Positions 39,261 through 52,904 of a DNA stretch of 64,000 nt are shown piece after piece (positions within the stretch are counted from its first letter, which is position 1; every line of letters begins with the position of its first letter). Both the position numbers and the translations under genes were made by a program. This DNA comes from Dendrobates tinctorius (taxonomy: Eukaryota). The stretch spans positions 13,392,001 through 13,456,000 of the forward strand of contig NW_027361844.1 of the NCBI RefSeq assembly GCF_039654945.1, given 5' to 3'. The notes beneath the pieces are model-generated. The model saw only the letters and a program-made list of their open reading frames with translations, did no database searches and was not told where the DNA came from.

Positions 39261-42200
39261 GGGCCCCGTTGCTGAGTCACAAGTTTTGTGACGCAACAGC
39301 GATCTCACCAGCGAGATCACTGTGTGTAACAGCGATCAGCGACCAGCCCCCCTGCTGGTATCGCTGATCGCTCTTGGAAAGCCCTGTACATTTCTTTGAT
39401 CGCTGGTCTCCTGCTGGCCCTCACGAATTGCTGCGTGTGACAGGCGGGAGACCAGCGATCAGCTGGTAACTAAGATAAACGCAGGGTTTCTGTCATGATC
39501 CAGTGTTGGATCTGGCGGTATTAAAAGCACAAAGTGAACTTTTTTTACTTTGGTTAAGTTCAAAGGTGTTTTGACTGTCCCCGGTGGTGGTTGTGGTATT
39601 GCACTTTGGGTTTTTGTGCACTTAATTAGGTATCAGGTGTGACACCCTATAAGGGTGTGCTAGAGGTGTGCAATCACTGCCTGTGATATTGTGAGTTTGT
39701 GTTCACTCTGTTTTTGGAGAGCCTGGATGAAGGATGGAGCTGGTGAGGAGTCCTGCGCAGCTTAGCCAGGGGGATGTGTTTCAGCTATGGTGTCTGGACG
39801 AAGGGCTGGCATGGCGTGGTTGAGTCGCAGTGATGGTGTCAGCGGGAAGTGTCTGCATGGGCTGGTGGAGTGGCGACTATGGAGAGTGGCACTCACCATG
39901 TGGGACTTGGTTGCTGAGCTGGACTCAAGCATGCTCGACTTCGTGTCAGCAGCTGAACTCATCCTTGGGACTCTGGTTCTAAGCAGCTGCAACTGGTGGT
40001 GGACTCTGCTCCAAGGCTGCACTAAGGTGAAGGATCCTGTTATGGTGATGGATCCGGGTGGAGGAGAAGATGCACTCAGGTGGAGGGTTCTGTTGCTGGG
40101 AGCGCACGCAACAGAGCAAAGCTAAGTGGTGTTTCCCCTGTATTGTCTCTTTCCTCATGTGTGTTATTAGTGCAGTGGTGGGATTAGTCTCCGCACCGAC
40201 CCATTCCCTAGTGAGGGTTTAGGGTCAGGGTGAGCAAGGGCGTTAAGGTACGCGTGCGGCGACAGGTGCGGAGCCTGTTTAGGGAATGTAAGGAGTGCAG
40301 GGACACTGGCTCAGGGGAGCTTAGGATGTCTCCTTTTCCCCATTGCCTATCGCAGGGCCCACCATTGTTATAGTTTCCCAGGTTCCCCCTTTATTATTTG
40401 ATTATTGTATGTATAACGTGTAATACCCAAATTCGCCAGGTGGAGGCGGCGTATCCACCTGCACGTTTTATTATTTAAATTCGCCCCACTGGAGGCGGTG
40501 TATCCAGGGTCACGTGTGTCACATGGGTTCGCCTTGCGGAAACATCTGCGTCCTGACACACGTGACCATGACATTATCACAGGCCCTACAGTTTTTTTTT
40601 TTCTGGTGAGCTTTGGCCATGTGGAGACCGCTGAGTAATTGCTGCCGGGCCTCACTGATGTGAGTGGGGAGCGGCAAGGTGTTTAGAGCCGCTGCAGCAG
40701 CAGTTATCGCGGTCTGGGGCCTCTGCTCAGATAACCAGAGGGAAAAAAATGGCGGCTGCGGTCTGGCAAAAGCCCCTAGAGTCGCTGTTGGGGAGCGGGA
40801 CTTGCTCTCGCACGGGGAGGTACCCAGGCAGGTGGGAGGAATGGTGCCCCACGGAGCTGCCTGGTATTCCCCGAGGTGAAGGGGTACATCCCTGTGGTGA
40901 GCAGACTAGGTGTGTAGTCGCTGCTGGGGAGCGGGACTTGCTCTTACAGGGGATGCACCCAGGCAGGTGGGAGGAATGGTGCCCCACGGAGCTGCCTGGT
41001 ATTCCCCGAGGTGAATGGGTACGTCCCTGTAGTGAGCAGATTGGTGAATAGTCCGCGGGGCTCATGCCAAATCTTCGATGCCGCCCCTCCTGGTCGTGTG
41101 GAGGCGACCAGCGAGTATATATATTTTCCTCCATATTCCTGCGGCTATGGTACTAAAACCCCCTAGAGTCGCTGCTGGGGAGCAGGACTGGTTCATGCAG
41201 GCGGGCGCACCCAGGCAGGTGGGAGGAATGGTGCCCCACGGAGCTGCCTGGTATTCCCCGAGGTGAAGGGGTACGCCCCTGTGGTGAGCTGACTGGTGTG
41301 ATAGTCCGCGGGGTTTTACGCCAAATCTTCATACCATCGAAGAAGCCGCCCTCCTGGTCGTGTGGAGGTGACCAGCGAGTGTATATTTCCTCCATTTCCG
41401 GTCCCCTTCTCCTCCTGGTGTGTGCAGCAGGTGTGCTGCGGGGGAGTAGGGACAAATCTCTACCCTCGCCATTAACCAACCCTAGGAGGCGCAGTCCTCA
41501 TGGTGAAAGGGTTGGAGGGTGGTGTCCCTTGATGAATAGTGGGGGTGTGAGTGTGGTGACACAAGGGGACGCCTCTGTTGTCAAGTCCAGAGTGAGTTCA
41601 CCAAAAAATGACAAACGAATGTGTGTAATAAACGTTCAGGTCCGGACCTGTGTGTGAACGAGCGTGTATGTGTGCCACCAAAAAACATCTCGGAAATGTG
41701 TTGTGGAGTCTGATCAGCTCATAACAAACAAACATACACATACATAAACTCGTTCCCCAGGTCGGCGCTGTGGAGATGAGTGGTGCCTCCAAAATGAACA
41801 TGTATTGCCAATACCAGCGGTGTTTGTCATGAACCTGAAGTGTCAGGTAATGGTGGGGTGAACTCAGGATCTGGGCGTCCCCGCTGTAGGTGTTTCCCTA
41901 ATGAGGGGTGGTCTTGAGGGTCCAGAGGCCCCTCATTAAGGAGGGGGTACTGTCATGATCCAGTGTTGGATCTGGTGGTATTAAAAGCACAAAGTGAACT
42001 TTTTTTACTTTGGTTAAGTTCAAAGGTGTTTTGACTGTCCCCGGTGGTGGTTGTGGTATTGCACTTTGGGTTTTTGTGCACTTAATTAGGTATCAGGTGT
42101 GACACCCTATCAAGGTGTGCTAGAGGTGTGCAATCACTGCCTGTGATATTGTGAGTTTGTGTTCACTCTGTTTTTGGAGAGCCTGGATGAAGGATGGAGC

Positions 42201-43352
42201 TGGTGAGGAGTCCTGCGCAGCTTAGCCAGGGGGGATGTGTTTCAGCTATGGTGTCTGGACGAAGGGCTGGCATGGCGTGGTGGAGTCGCAGTGATGGTGT
42301 CAGCGGGAAGTGTCTGCATGGGCTGGTGGAGTGGCGACTATGGAGAGTGGCACTCACCATGTGGGACTTGGCCACTGAGCTGGACTCAAGCATGCTCGAC
42401 TTCGTGTCAGCAGCTGAACTCATCCTTGGGACTCTGGTTCTAAGCAGCTGCAACTGGTGGTGGACTCTGCTCCAAGGCTGCACTAAGGTGAAGGATCCTG
42501 TTATGGTGATGGATCCGGGTGGAGGAGAAGATGCACTCAGGTGGAGGGCTCTGTTGCTGGGAGCACACGCAACAGAGCAAAGCTAAGTGGTGTTTCCCCT
42601 GTATTGTCTCTTTCCTCATGTGTGGGATTAGTCTCCGCACCGACCCATTCCCTAGTGAGGGTTTAGGGTCAGGGTGAGCAAGGGCGTTAAGGTACGCGTG
42701 CGGCGACAGGTGCGGAGCCTGTTTAGGGAATGTAAGGAGTGCAGGGACACTGGCTCAGGGGAGCTTAGGAGGTCTCCATTTCCCCATTGCCTATCGCAGG
42801 GCCCACCATTGTTATAGTTTCCCAGGTTCCCCCTTTATTATTTGATTATTGTATGTATAACGTGTAATACCCAAATTCGCCAGGTGGAGGCGGCGTATCC
42901 ACCTGCACGTTTTATTATTTAAATTCGCCCCACTGGAGGCGGTGTATCCAGGGTCACATGTGTCACATGGGTTCGCCTTGCGGAAACATCTGCGTCCTGA
43001 CACACGTGACCATGACAGTTTCTAAGCACCGTGCGGTGCTTAGAAACCCTCTGTGTACCTTAGTTACCAGCGCGCTGATGCACAGAGCTGGTAACTAAGG
43101 TACACATCTGGTTTTTAAGTGATGCACGTCCCATAGAAACTCGATGTGTACCTTAATTACCAGCTCCCTGCATCAGCGCGCTGGTAACTAAAGTTCACAG
43201 CGATGCCGGGCGCTCGACGTCGCTGGTGCTGATCGCTGGTGAAGCTGTCTGTTTGACAACTCACCAGCGATCACATACCGACTCACCAGCTATCCTGACA
43301 CGTTGATATCGCTGTCGGGATCGCTAGTGAGTCGCTATGTGTGACGGTACCC
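39261..43352. mobile_element. Harbinger-like MITE interrupted by an LTR element
   Basis: TAA TSD; GGG...CCC termini; ATCGCT-rich. Confidence 0.75.
39491..43017 (+). mobile_element. non-autonomous LTR retroelement (LTRs 39491-40573 and 41951-43017; 1.4-kb non-coding interior)
   Basis: Near-identical TG..CA LTRs, TSD GTTTC, PBS-like TTATCACAGGCC, PPT AAGGAGGGGG; no gag/pol motif recognised. Confidence 0.93.
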
Positions 43353-43817
43353 TAAGTGTTGCAAGGAGTTAACAGCCAATTTGTTTAAAGGACTGGGTTT
43401 TTTGTGGATAACCATAGAGTGGGTGAAAGGTTGTCCACCTTATCTCCTTATCTGTGGTCTCGGGCTTCAGTAGCAGACCTCTAGAGGTAGTGGGTGTTCA
43501 GCGTCTGGAGAGGAACATTCCAGAGGAGTGTTGGTGTTTGTGCTAAAAAACCTGAACAGTGGACCTTGGTAACCCAAAGCGGGCTGATCACTGCTAGAAG
43601 ATTATGTTTTGTGCTACCATTTTGTTTTGTTATTTTTGCCCAGATGCCTGTGTTTACTTTTTCCTTCAGCTTGGTTTTTGATGCACCTAATAAACCAAGA
43701 CCATTCTTAAAGAGACAGTGTTCCTGTGTCTACCTCTGTGTACTGTTGAATTAGCCGATCTACCCACAACAATTTAAAATGAGATTTTAGGAAATCTTTT
43801 AGAGTCATCATTATTAA

Positions 43818-45300
43818 GGCTCATTCAGACACCTGTTTTTTGCTTGCTATTGCTTTCTGCGCTTTTCAGGAATGGCACTCGCACCTATCATAATCTATGG
43901 GGTTAGTCATACGTCAAACTTTTTTTCTGAACTTAAAGGCCCACAAAAAATCATGGAAACATGTTCGATATTCATCCGAGTGGTGGCTCAAAATCATCAA
44001 TGCAAGTATATGGGTCTGTGAAATAATTGCATGATGAGCGCTCTCAATTTTTCATAAACTGATACAGTAGGTAGGAAAAGTTGGATAAACTATTTCTTTG
44101 TTTGTTTGTAACCCCCCAAAAAACTGGTGAAACTCTGAGCAAACTCTGATGAAGCACTGATGAAACTGATGATAAACACTGATGATGGAGAAATAGTATG
44201 GTCCCCGCACCATCTTTTTTAGTTTTTTAAATAGTTAAAATAGACAGCGTGGGGTCTTCCCCATTTTTTACAACCATCCAAGCTAAAGTAAACAGCTGGG
44301 GGCTGTTATTCTCAGGGTGGTAAGGGGCCATGGATATGGCCCATCCTCAGCCTAAAAATAGCACCCTGCATCTGCCCCAGAAAAGGCGCATGTATTTGTT
44401 GCCCCAATTCTGGCACTTTGCCCAGCTCTTCCCACTTTCCCTATGGCTGTGTCAAGTAGGGTTAATATTTGTAGGGTTAATGTCAGCTGTTTTATGGCCG
44501 CTGACATTAAGCCCACAAGTTTGTAACAGAGATACGTCTATGAGATGCCTATCAATTACTAACCCCATCGTCAGATTGTATATAAACACACAGCCAGAAT
44601 AAAGTCCTTTATTTGAAATAAAAATACACTTTTTCACTTTTTTATTTAAAAATAAAAAACAAAGTTATACTCACCTTTCACGCATTCCATTAAAGTCCTT
44701 GTTCCCTGTAAAAAAACAGAAAATAACAAACAACAATAATACTCACCTAACACCCATTCCATTGAATCCCTTGTCTCCTGTACAAAAGCAAACTAAAAAA
44801 CAACCATATGACTCACCTGTTCGACATACTGTCCCATACCATAATTCATGTCTGCGATAAGTGGTTTTCAACCTGGACGGCGCCAAGATATGGCTGTCCA
44901 GGCTGAAAACCAAAGAAGAATGAGCTGCTGCAAGTGCAGCGTCAGCGACTAGTGGTAGTTCACCTCAATTTACATGAGGCTGCGTTTCCAGTTCACTTTG
45001 CTGTGAGCCAGGTTGATGAACTGCGGTGACCTCAGTGAGATCATTGCTAGCACCATGAGAAAAAGTCTCATGGTGCAGCGCTGAGCTCAGAGAGTTTACC
45101 GTAGTTCACCGTGAGAAACATCCGATGTTCTGGGTGTGTAAGAAATACGTGATGTTCGAGGTGCTGAACCCGAAGAGTAACATGGACTTCCTGGAGAAGT
45201 CAGTGTTTGGGGTCCGTGCCCGAACAGTAGGTGTTCGGTACAGACCCCGAACTTTACTGTTCAGTTTCATCCATCTCTAAACCTGACATTTGAATGAGCC
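43818..45300. mobile_element. Harbinger-like non-autonomous element containing an hAT-like fragment
   Basis: GGCTCATTCA...TGAATGAGCC termini; internal piece ends GTTTCATCCATCTCTA at ~45279. Confidence 0.6.
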
Positions 45301-45304
45301 CATA

Positions 45305-45490
45305 GGCCATGTTCATACGTTCAGCATTTGGTCAGGATTTTAAGTCAGTATTTGTAAGCCTAAATCAGGAGTGGGTGAAAAATGCACAAATGGTGCACAT
45401 TTCATATATCCGTTTCTTCTTGACTTCTGATTTTGGTTTACAAATATTGATATAAAATACTGACAAAATATTGAACATGTGAATGTGGCC
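45305..45490. mobile_element. small palindromic MITE
   Basis: GGCCATGTTCA...TGAATGTGGCC, internal inverted symmetry. Confidence 0.7.
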
Positions 45491-45685
45491 TTAAAGGTAT
45501 TTTTATTAAATTAAGAACCATCAAAATAGTAAAAATATTTTCCAACACAATAAGCCAGTATTTCTCTGTTTTCCTACTAGCTCTATCCTGTTCCCCCTCT
45601 GTTTAGCAACTTTATCCCCAAAACCTAAGAAAAGTTATAGTGAGGTGACATTATAGCGACATCATATTGGGCAGCATGTAACTAA

Positions 45686-46080
45686 GGGTCCCGTTACATT
45701 TAGCGATGCACCAGCGATCCCAACAACGATATGACCTGGTCAGGATCGATAAATAGTCGCTAGTGAGCTGCCAAACAGGCAGATCCCACCAGTGACGCAG
45801 CAGCGATAAGCGATCCGTCGGCGGTCGCTGTTACCTTTCACACCGCAGTGATGATGACGACTTCCGCCTGCGTCCATGCGTTGCTAGTCGGCACCAGCGG
45901 GACGCCAATGATGAAAAAATGGCCCAGGACATTCGAGTGCAATCAGCGATATCCAGTGGGGGGTGCCGGTCGCAGGTACGTGTCACACAAAGCGAGATCG
46001 CTAGCGATATCGCTGTTGCGTCAAAAAATTGGTGACACTTTAGTGATATCGCTAGCGATCTCGCTATGTGTAAAAGGCCC
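45686..46080. mobile_element. Harbinger-like MITE
   Basis: Same ATCGCT family; TAA/TTA flanks. Confidence 0.75.
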
Positions 46081-46914
46081 TTAACTACCATAAGAACATG
46101 CTGTGGATGAAATATAAAACACTGCTGTTGCAAAAAGAGTGGCCTTGTAGAGGCAAAACAAAAGCAACCAGGGGTGATAATAGAAAGGTGGTATTTGGGC
46201 AATACCTTGACCATTTTTTAAAGGCACCTTAAGCTACATTGACTACTGCTGGATCATATGATGAACTGGAGATTTTTGCTAAGCCTCTTAGTATTTGGTG
46301 AAATCATCCACCAGAGACAGATCCACGCAAAGAGCTCTTAACTGTAGCACACAGAAGGAGTCTATGAATTGAGAACTCACATTCTTAGCCAAATAGAATT
46401 GGGCATATGTACAAGGTTATCTAGTTGGGAGAGTCCTTTTGTTTGCCAGCATGGTGCACTACACGTATCTATGCAACCAGCACCTTACATACCAGATATT
46501 GATAAGTATATATTTTATTTTTCTATGTTTTTTTGTATTTATGTCCTTTGCAGTGAATTACAGTTCCTTTGTTGCCCATTTCCACGAATCACAACTCAGG
46601 TTTATTTTTTTAGGAAAAAGGAAAGCTCTGATTTGTTGCTATAGGCAACAAAGAATGCTTTAAATGTAAGACAGCTACACAAATTAGGCCCATTGCTTGA
46701 TTTAGCTGATCTATCACAGTAAATGGTAATTCTGTTCCACAATGTGTAAGCAAATAGTAAAATAACTTTGATTTGAGTCAAAAATACAATTACTATCTCC
46801 AAATAATATTTCACTCCTTAAACATCCAGAAGTAGTTTTATCTTTTCCCCATGTTAGTTTGTCGTACAAAGTTCCTGATCTTACCTTGCCATACTTACAT
46901 AGATCATTAGGTCT

Positions 46915-47147
46915 AGTGGGATATAGTGTCTATCAGTCATATCATCCTCCTTCTCATCACTCTTCCTAAATCTCAATGTGGACAAAACAAAACTCATCAT
47001 CTTTCCTCCATCCCACTTACAATAAATCTTATTCCTAATCTATCACAATAAATTATATCAGACTTCCTCTGTACCAGAAGTCTGTTGCTTTGCAGTAACC
47101 CTTGATTTAGCCTTGTCCTTCAACCCACACAACCAAGGCCTTACCAC
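46915..47147 (+). mobile_element. L2/CR1 LINE RT fragment
   Basis: FLNLNVDKTKLIIFPP motif (~46962-47010), followed by a degenerate CFAVTLD (LGV.LD-like) motif. Confidence 0.7.
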
Positions 47148-50100
47148 TAGTGTTGAGCTTTCCGATACCGCAAGTATCGGGTATCGGCCGATATTTGCCG
47201 TATCGGAATTCCGATACCGAGTACCGATACTTTTTTCGTATCGGATACCGGAATCGGAAGTCCAAAATGCAATGAGCCACAAAAGTGGCAATGATTGGCT
47301 GCCGAAATGACGTCATCATGATGCGCTGTCTGTGCGCATCATGATGCGCCGTCAGTTCGGGCCTTCGGGGGGCTGTGCCGACTGTCCGGGGGTCTGTACC
47401 GGCCTGCCGGTGGTCTGTGCAGGCTCCGGTGGTCTGTGCCGGCCTGCCGGGGGGCTGTGCCGGCCTGCCGGTGGTCTGTGCAGGCTCCGGTGGTCTGTGC
47501 CGGCCTGCTGGGGGGCTGTGCCGGCCTGCCGGTGGTCTGTGCAGGCTCCGGTGGTCTATGCCGGCCTGCCGGGGGGCTGTGCCGGCCTGCCGGTGGTCTG
47601 TGCAGGCTCCGGGGGTCTGTGCAGGCATCGTCCGATGGGACTACAAGTCCCATCGGGCGATGCCTGCTACCATGACAGTGATTGACACATTAGCCAATGA
47701 TGGGACAGTAGTAGTCCCATCATCCGGCTAATGTGTTGAATGTAAAAAAAAAAAAAAAAAAAATTACATGCTACATACATGCAACATGCATACTACATAT
47801 ATTCTACATGCAACATGCATACTACATACATGCTACATACATGCTACATATATACTACATGCATGCAACATACATACAACATATATACTACATGCATGCA
47901 ACATGCATACTACATATATACTACATGTAACATACATACTACATATATACTACATGCAACATGCATACTACATACATGCTACATACTACATGCATGCTAC
48001 ATACATGCTACATACTACATACATGCTACATATATACTACATGCATGCAACATACATACTACATATATACTACATGCATGCAACATACATACTACATATA
48101 TACTACATGCATGCAACATGCATACTACATATATACTACATGTAACATACATACTACATATATACTACATGCATGCTACATGCTACATACTACATGCATG
48201 CTACATACATGCTACATACATACTACATACACAATACATATATACTACATGCATACTACATGTAACATACATACTACATATATACTACATGCTACATACA
48301 TGCAACATACACACTACATGCTACATACATACACACTACATGATACATACTACATACATGCTACATACATACTACATACATACTGCATATATACTACATG
48401 CATGCAACATACATATATACTACATACAATACATACATATAGACATACAGTACATATAACATAGAGTACATACTCACCGTCACTTGTCACTTTGATCCCC
48501 GAAGCCATTGTCACCTGAGGGATAAATATCAAAATAAAAAAACACCAATATACTTACCCCGATCCGCAGAAGTCCACGAGGGTCCCACGTCCATCTTGCG
48601 TGGAGAACAGCAGCATCAGCTGATGCTACCGTTCTCTACCAGCTCCAGGAATACAATGACGGAAGGTAGGTATCCTTCCGCACTGTATTCCTCCACCACT
48701 TTAAAAAAAAAAAAAAAAAAGTCCCTAGTCTCACTTTATGCCATTGCTGCGTGGGAATTTCCCTTGTGGACTTCTGCGGATCGGGGTAAGTATATAGGTG
48801 TTTTTTTATTTTGATATTTATCCCTCAGGTGACAATGGCTTCGGGGATCAAAGTGACAAGTGACGGTGAGTATGTACTCTGTTATATGTACTGTATGTCT
48901 ATATGTATGTATTGTATGTAGTATATATGTATGTTGCATGCTTGTAGTATATATGCAGTATATATGTAGTATGCATGTTGCATGTATGTAGCATGTATGT
49001 TGCGTGTATGTTGCGTATATGTAGTGTATATGTAGTATGTATGTTACATGTAGTGTATATATAGTATATATATGTAGTATGCATGTTGCATGCATGTAGT
49101 ATATATGTTGTATGTATGCTGCATGCATGTAGTATATATGTTGTATGTATGTTGCATGTAGTATATATGTTGTATGTATGTTGCATGCATGTAGTATATA
49201 TGTATTATGTATGTAGCATGTATGTAGTATGTAGCATGCATGTAGTATGTAGCATGTATGTAGTATGTATGTTACATGTAGTATATGTAGTATGTATGTT
49301 GCATGCATGTAGCATGCATGTAGTATGTAGCATGCATGTAGTATGTAGCATGCATGTAGTATGTATGTTACATGTAGTATGTATGTTACATGTAGTATGT
49401 ATGTTGCATGCATGTAGTATATATGTAGTATGTATGTTGCATGCATGTAGTATATATGAGAAACTGGGTCTGAGCAGAAAAAGTAAATTAATGTGCATGC
49501 AAAATGTAATTGCATATGAACACATGACCTTTACACAGAGAAAACCAAAAGCAAAACACAAAACAAATATCCTGGAATAAAAAAGTAAAAAAATATATTG
49601 CAAAAATTGCATGAAGGCAGTAATAATAGTAATAATAAGGGTATTTAGTTAACATAATTTTGATCAAAATAATGTAGAAGCCATCCCGCCACGTCACGGC
49701 AACCCTTGTGGGACAGTCCTAACTCTTGTATTTAAAACCTTTCCACTTGTCAAGTGACGTAAATGTGAACAAGGGCAGAGGGACTGAACCACCAGTAATA
49801 GTATAGGCCAGACAGGATGGATTTTCCAACTCAGAAACAGGGCGGTCACACCCTTATATGCACAGAATGCACAATGAAACAAATGAGAAACTGGGTCTGA
49901 GCAGAAAAAGTAAATTAATGTGCATGCAAAATGTAATTGCATATGAACACATGACCTTTACACAGAGAAAACCAAAAGCAAAACACAAAACAAATATCCT
50001 GGAATAAAAAAGTAAAAAAATATATTGCAAAAATTGCATGAAGGTAGTAATAATAGTAATAATAAGGGTATTTAGTTAACATAATTTTGATCAAAATAAT

Positions 50101-52903
50101 GTAGAAGCCATCCCGCCACGTCACGGCAACCCTTGTGGGACAGTCCTAACTCTTGTATTTAAAACCTTTCCACTTGTCAAGTGACGTAAATGTGAACAAG
50201 GACAGAGAGACTGAACCACCAGTAATAGTATAGGCCAGACAGGATGGATTTTCCAACTCAGAAACAGGGCGGTCACACCCTTATATGCACAGAATGCACA
50301 ATGAAACAAATGAGAAACTGGGTCTGAGCAGAAAAAGTAAATTAATGTGCATGCAAAATGTAATTGCATATGAACACATGACCTTTACACAGAGAAAACC
50401 AAAAGCAAAACACAAAACAAATATCCTGGAATAAAAAAGTAAAAAAATATATTGCAAAAATTGCATGAAGGTAGTAATAATAGTAATAATAAGGGTATTT
50501 AGTTAACATAATTTTGATCAAAATAATGTAGAAGCCATCCCGCCACGTCACGGCAACCCTTGTGGGACAGTCCTAACTCTTGTATTTAAAACCTTTCCAC
50601 TTGTCAAGTGACGTAAATGTGAACAAGGACAGAGAGACTGAACCACCAGTAATAGTATAGGCCAGACAGGATGGATTTTCCAACTCAGAAACAGGGCGGT
50701 CACACCCTTATATGCACAGAATGCACAATGAAACAAATGAGAAACTGGGTCTGAGCAGAAAAAGTAAATTAATGTGCATGCAAAATGTAATTGCATATGA
50801 ACACATGACCTTTACACAGAGAAAACCAAAAGCAAAACACAAAACAAATATCCTGGAATAAAAAAGTAAAAAAATATATTGCAAAAATTGCATGAAGGTA
50901 GTAATAATAAGGGTATTTAGTTAACATAATTTTGATCAAAATAATGTAGAAGCCATCCCGCCACGTCACGGCAACCCTTGTGGGACAGTCCTAACTCTTG
51001 TATTTAAAACCTTTCCACTTGTCAAGTGACGTAAATGTGAACAAGGACAGAGGGACTGAACCACCAGTAATAGTATAGGCCAGACAGGATGGATTTTCCA
51101 ACTCAGAAACAGGGCAGTCACACCCTTATATGCACAGAATGCACAATGAAACAAATGAGAAACTGGGTCTGAGCAGAAAAAGTAAATTAATGTGCATGTA
51201 AAATGTAATTGCATATGAACACATGACCTTTACACAGAGAAAACCAAAAGCAAAACACAAAACAAATATCCTGGAATAAAAAAGTAAAAAAATATATTGC
51301 AAAAATTGCATGAAGGTAGTAATAATAGTAATAATAAGGGTATTTAGTTAATATAATTTTGATCAAAATAATGTAGAAGCCATCCCGCCACGTCACGGCA
51401 ACCCTTGTGGGACAGTCCTAACTCTTGTATTTAAAACCTTTCCACTTGTCAAGTGACGTAAATGTGAACAAGGGCAGAGGGACTGAACCACCAGTAATAG
51501 TATAGGCCAGACAGGATGGATTTTCCAACTCAGAAACAGGGCGGTCACACCCTTATATGCACAGAATGCACAATGAAACAAATGAGAAACTGGGTCTGAG
51601 AAGAAAAAGTAAATTAATGTTCATGCAAAATGTAATTGCATATGAACACATGACCTTTACACAGAGAAAACCAAAAGCAAAACACAAAACAAATATCCTG
51701 GAATAAAAAAGTAAAAAAATATATTGCAAAAATTGCATGAAGGCTTTTGGTTTTCTCCATGTAGTATATATGTAGCATGTATGTAGTATGTAGCATGTAT
51801 GTAGTATGCATGTTGTATATATGTAGTATGTATGTTACATGTAGTATATATGTAGTATGCATGTAGTATATATGTTGTATGTATGTTGAATGCATGTAGT
51901 ATATATGTAGTATGTATGTTGCATGCATGTAGTATGTATGTTGCATGCATGTAGTATATATGTAGTATGTATGTTGCATGCATGTAGTATATATGTAGTA
52001 TGTAGCATGTATGTAGTATGTAGCATGTATGTAGCATGCATGTATTATGTAGCATGTATGTAGTATGCATGTTGCATGTAGTATATATGTAGTATGTATG
52101 TTACATGTAGTATGCATGTTGCATGCATGTAGTATATATGTTGTATGTATGTTGCATGCATGTAGTATATATGTAGTATGTATGTAGCATGTATGTAGTA
52201 TGTAGCATGTATGTAGCATGCATGTATTATGTAGCATGTATGTAGTATGCATGTTGCATGTAGTATATATGTAGTATGTATGTTACATGTAGTATGCATG
52301 TTGCATGCATGTAGTATATATGTTGTATGTATGTTGCATGCATGTAGTATATATGTAGTATGTATGTTGCATGCATGTAGTATATATGTAGTATGTATGT
52401 TGCATGCATGTAGTATATATGTAGTATGTATGTTGCATGTATGTAGTATGTAGCATGTATGTAGCATGCATGTAGTATGTAGCATATATGTAGTATGCAT
52501 GTTGCATGTAGTATATTTGTAGTATGTATGTTACATGTAGTATATATGTAGTATGCATGTTTCATGTAGTATATATGTTGTATGTATGTTGCATGCATGT
52601 AGTATATATGTAGTATGCATGTTTCATGTAGTATATATGTTGTATGTATGTTGCATGCATGTAGTATGTATGTTGCATGCATGTAGTATGTATGTTGCAT
52701 GCATGTCGTATATATGTAGTATGTATGTTGCATGTATGTAGTATGTAGCATGTAGTATGTAGCATGTATGTAGTATGCATGTTGCATGTAGTATGTATGT
52801 AGTATGCATGTTGCATGTAGTATGTATGTAGTATGCATGTTGCATGTAGTATATATGTAGTATGCATGTTGTATGTATGTAGCATGTATGTAGCATGTAA
52901 TTT
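47148..52903. mobile_element. second copy of the hAT family at 22055; right end deleted; inverted TACA/TGTA satellite arms
   Basis: TAGTGTTGAGC start, colinear with 22055-23770; arms 47765-48580 and 48770-52900 are inverted. Confidence 0.88.
49457..51757. repeat. 427-bp tandem array (~5.4 copies) inserted in the TGTA satellite
   Basis: Unit period 427/427/418/427 from the ORF track; ends in a 13-nt inverted fragment; flanked by CATGTAGTATATATG. Confidence 0.93.
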
Positions 52904-52904
52904 T

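Larger units (their letters stand above)
39158..43768 (+). mobile_element. possible old solo LTR (39158-39257 + 43356-43768) hosting the MITE and LTR element
   Basis: TGTG...CACA ends, AATAAA near the 3' end, imperfect ACCA/ACAA flanks. Confidence 0.35.

Noticed and set aside
39787-40125. 112-130-aa ORFs conserved in three LTR copies
   Set aside because: The copies are nearly identical, so conservation is uninformative; no recognisable motif; ORFs are open on both strands.
46860-46900. Possible minus-strand splice donors (CTTACC, ACTTAC) for a host exon
   Set aside because: No acceptor or recognisable coding frame; the adjacent sequence is an L2 fragment.
50100-50215. Twister- or HDV-like fold in the 427-bp unit (GTCC-TAA..GGAC; CCG ccacgtca CGG..CTAA)
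   Set aside because: The required P4/T1/T2 (twister) or P1/P2 (HDV) pairings could not be completed by eye; left unassigned.
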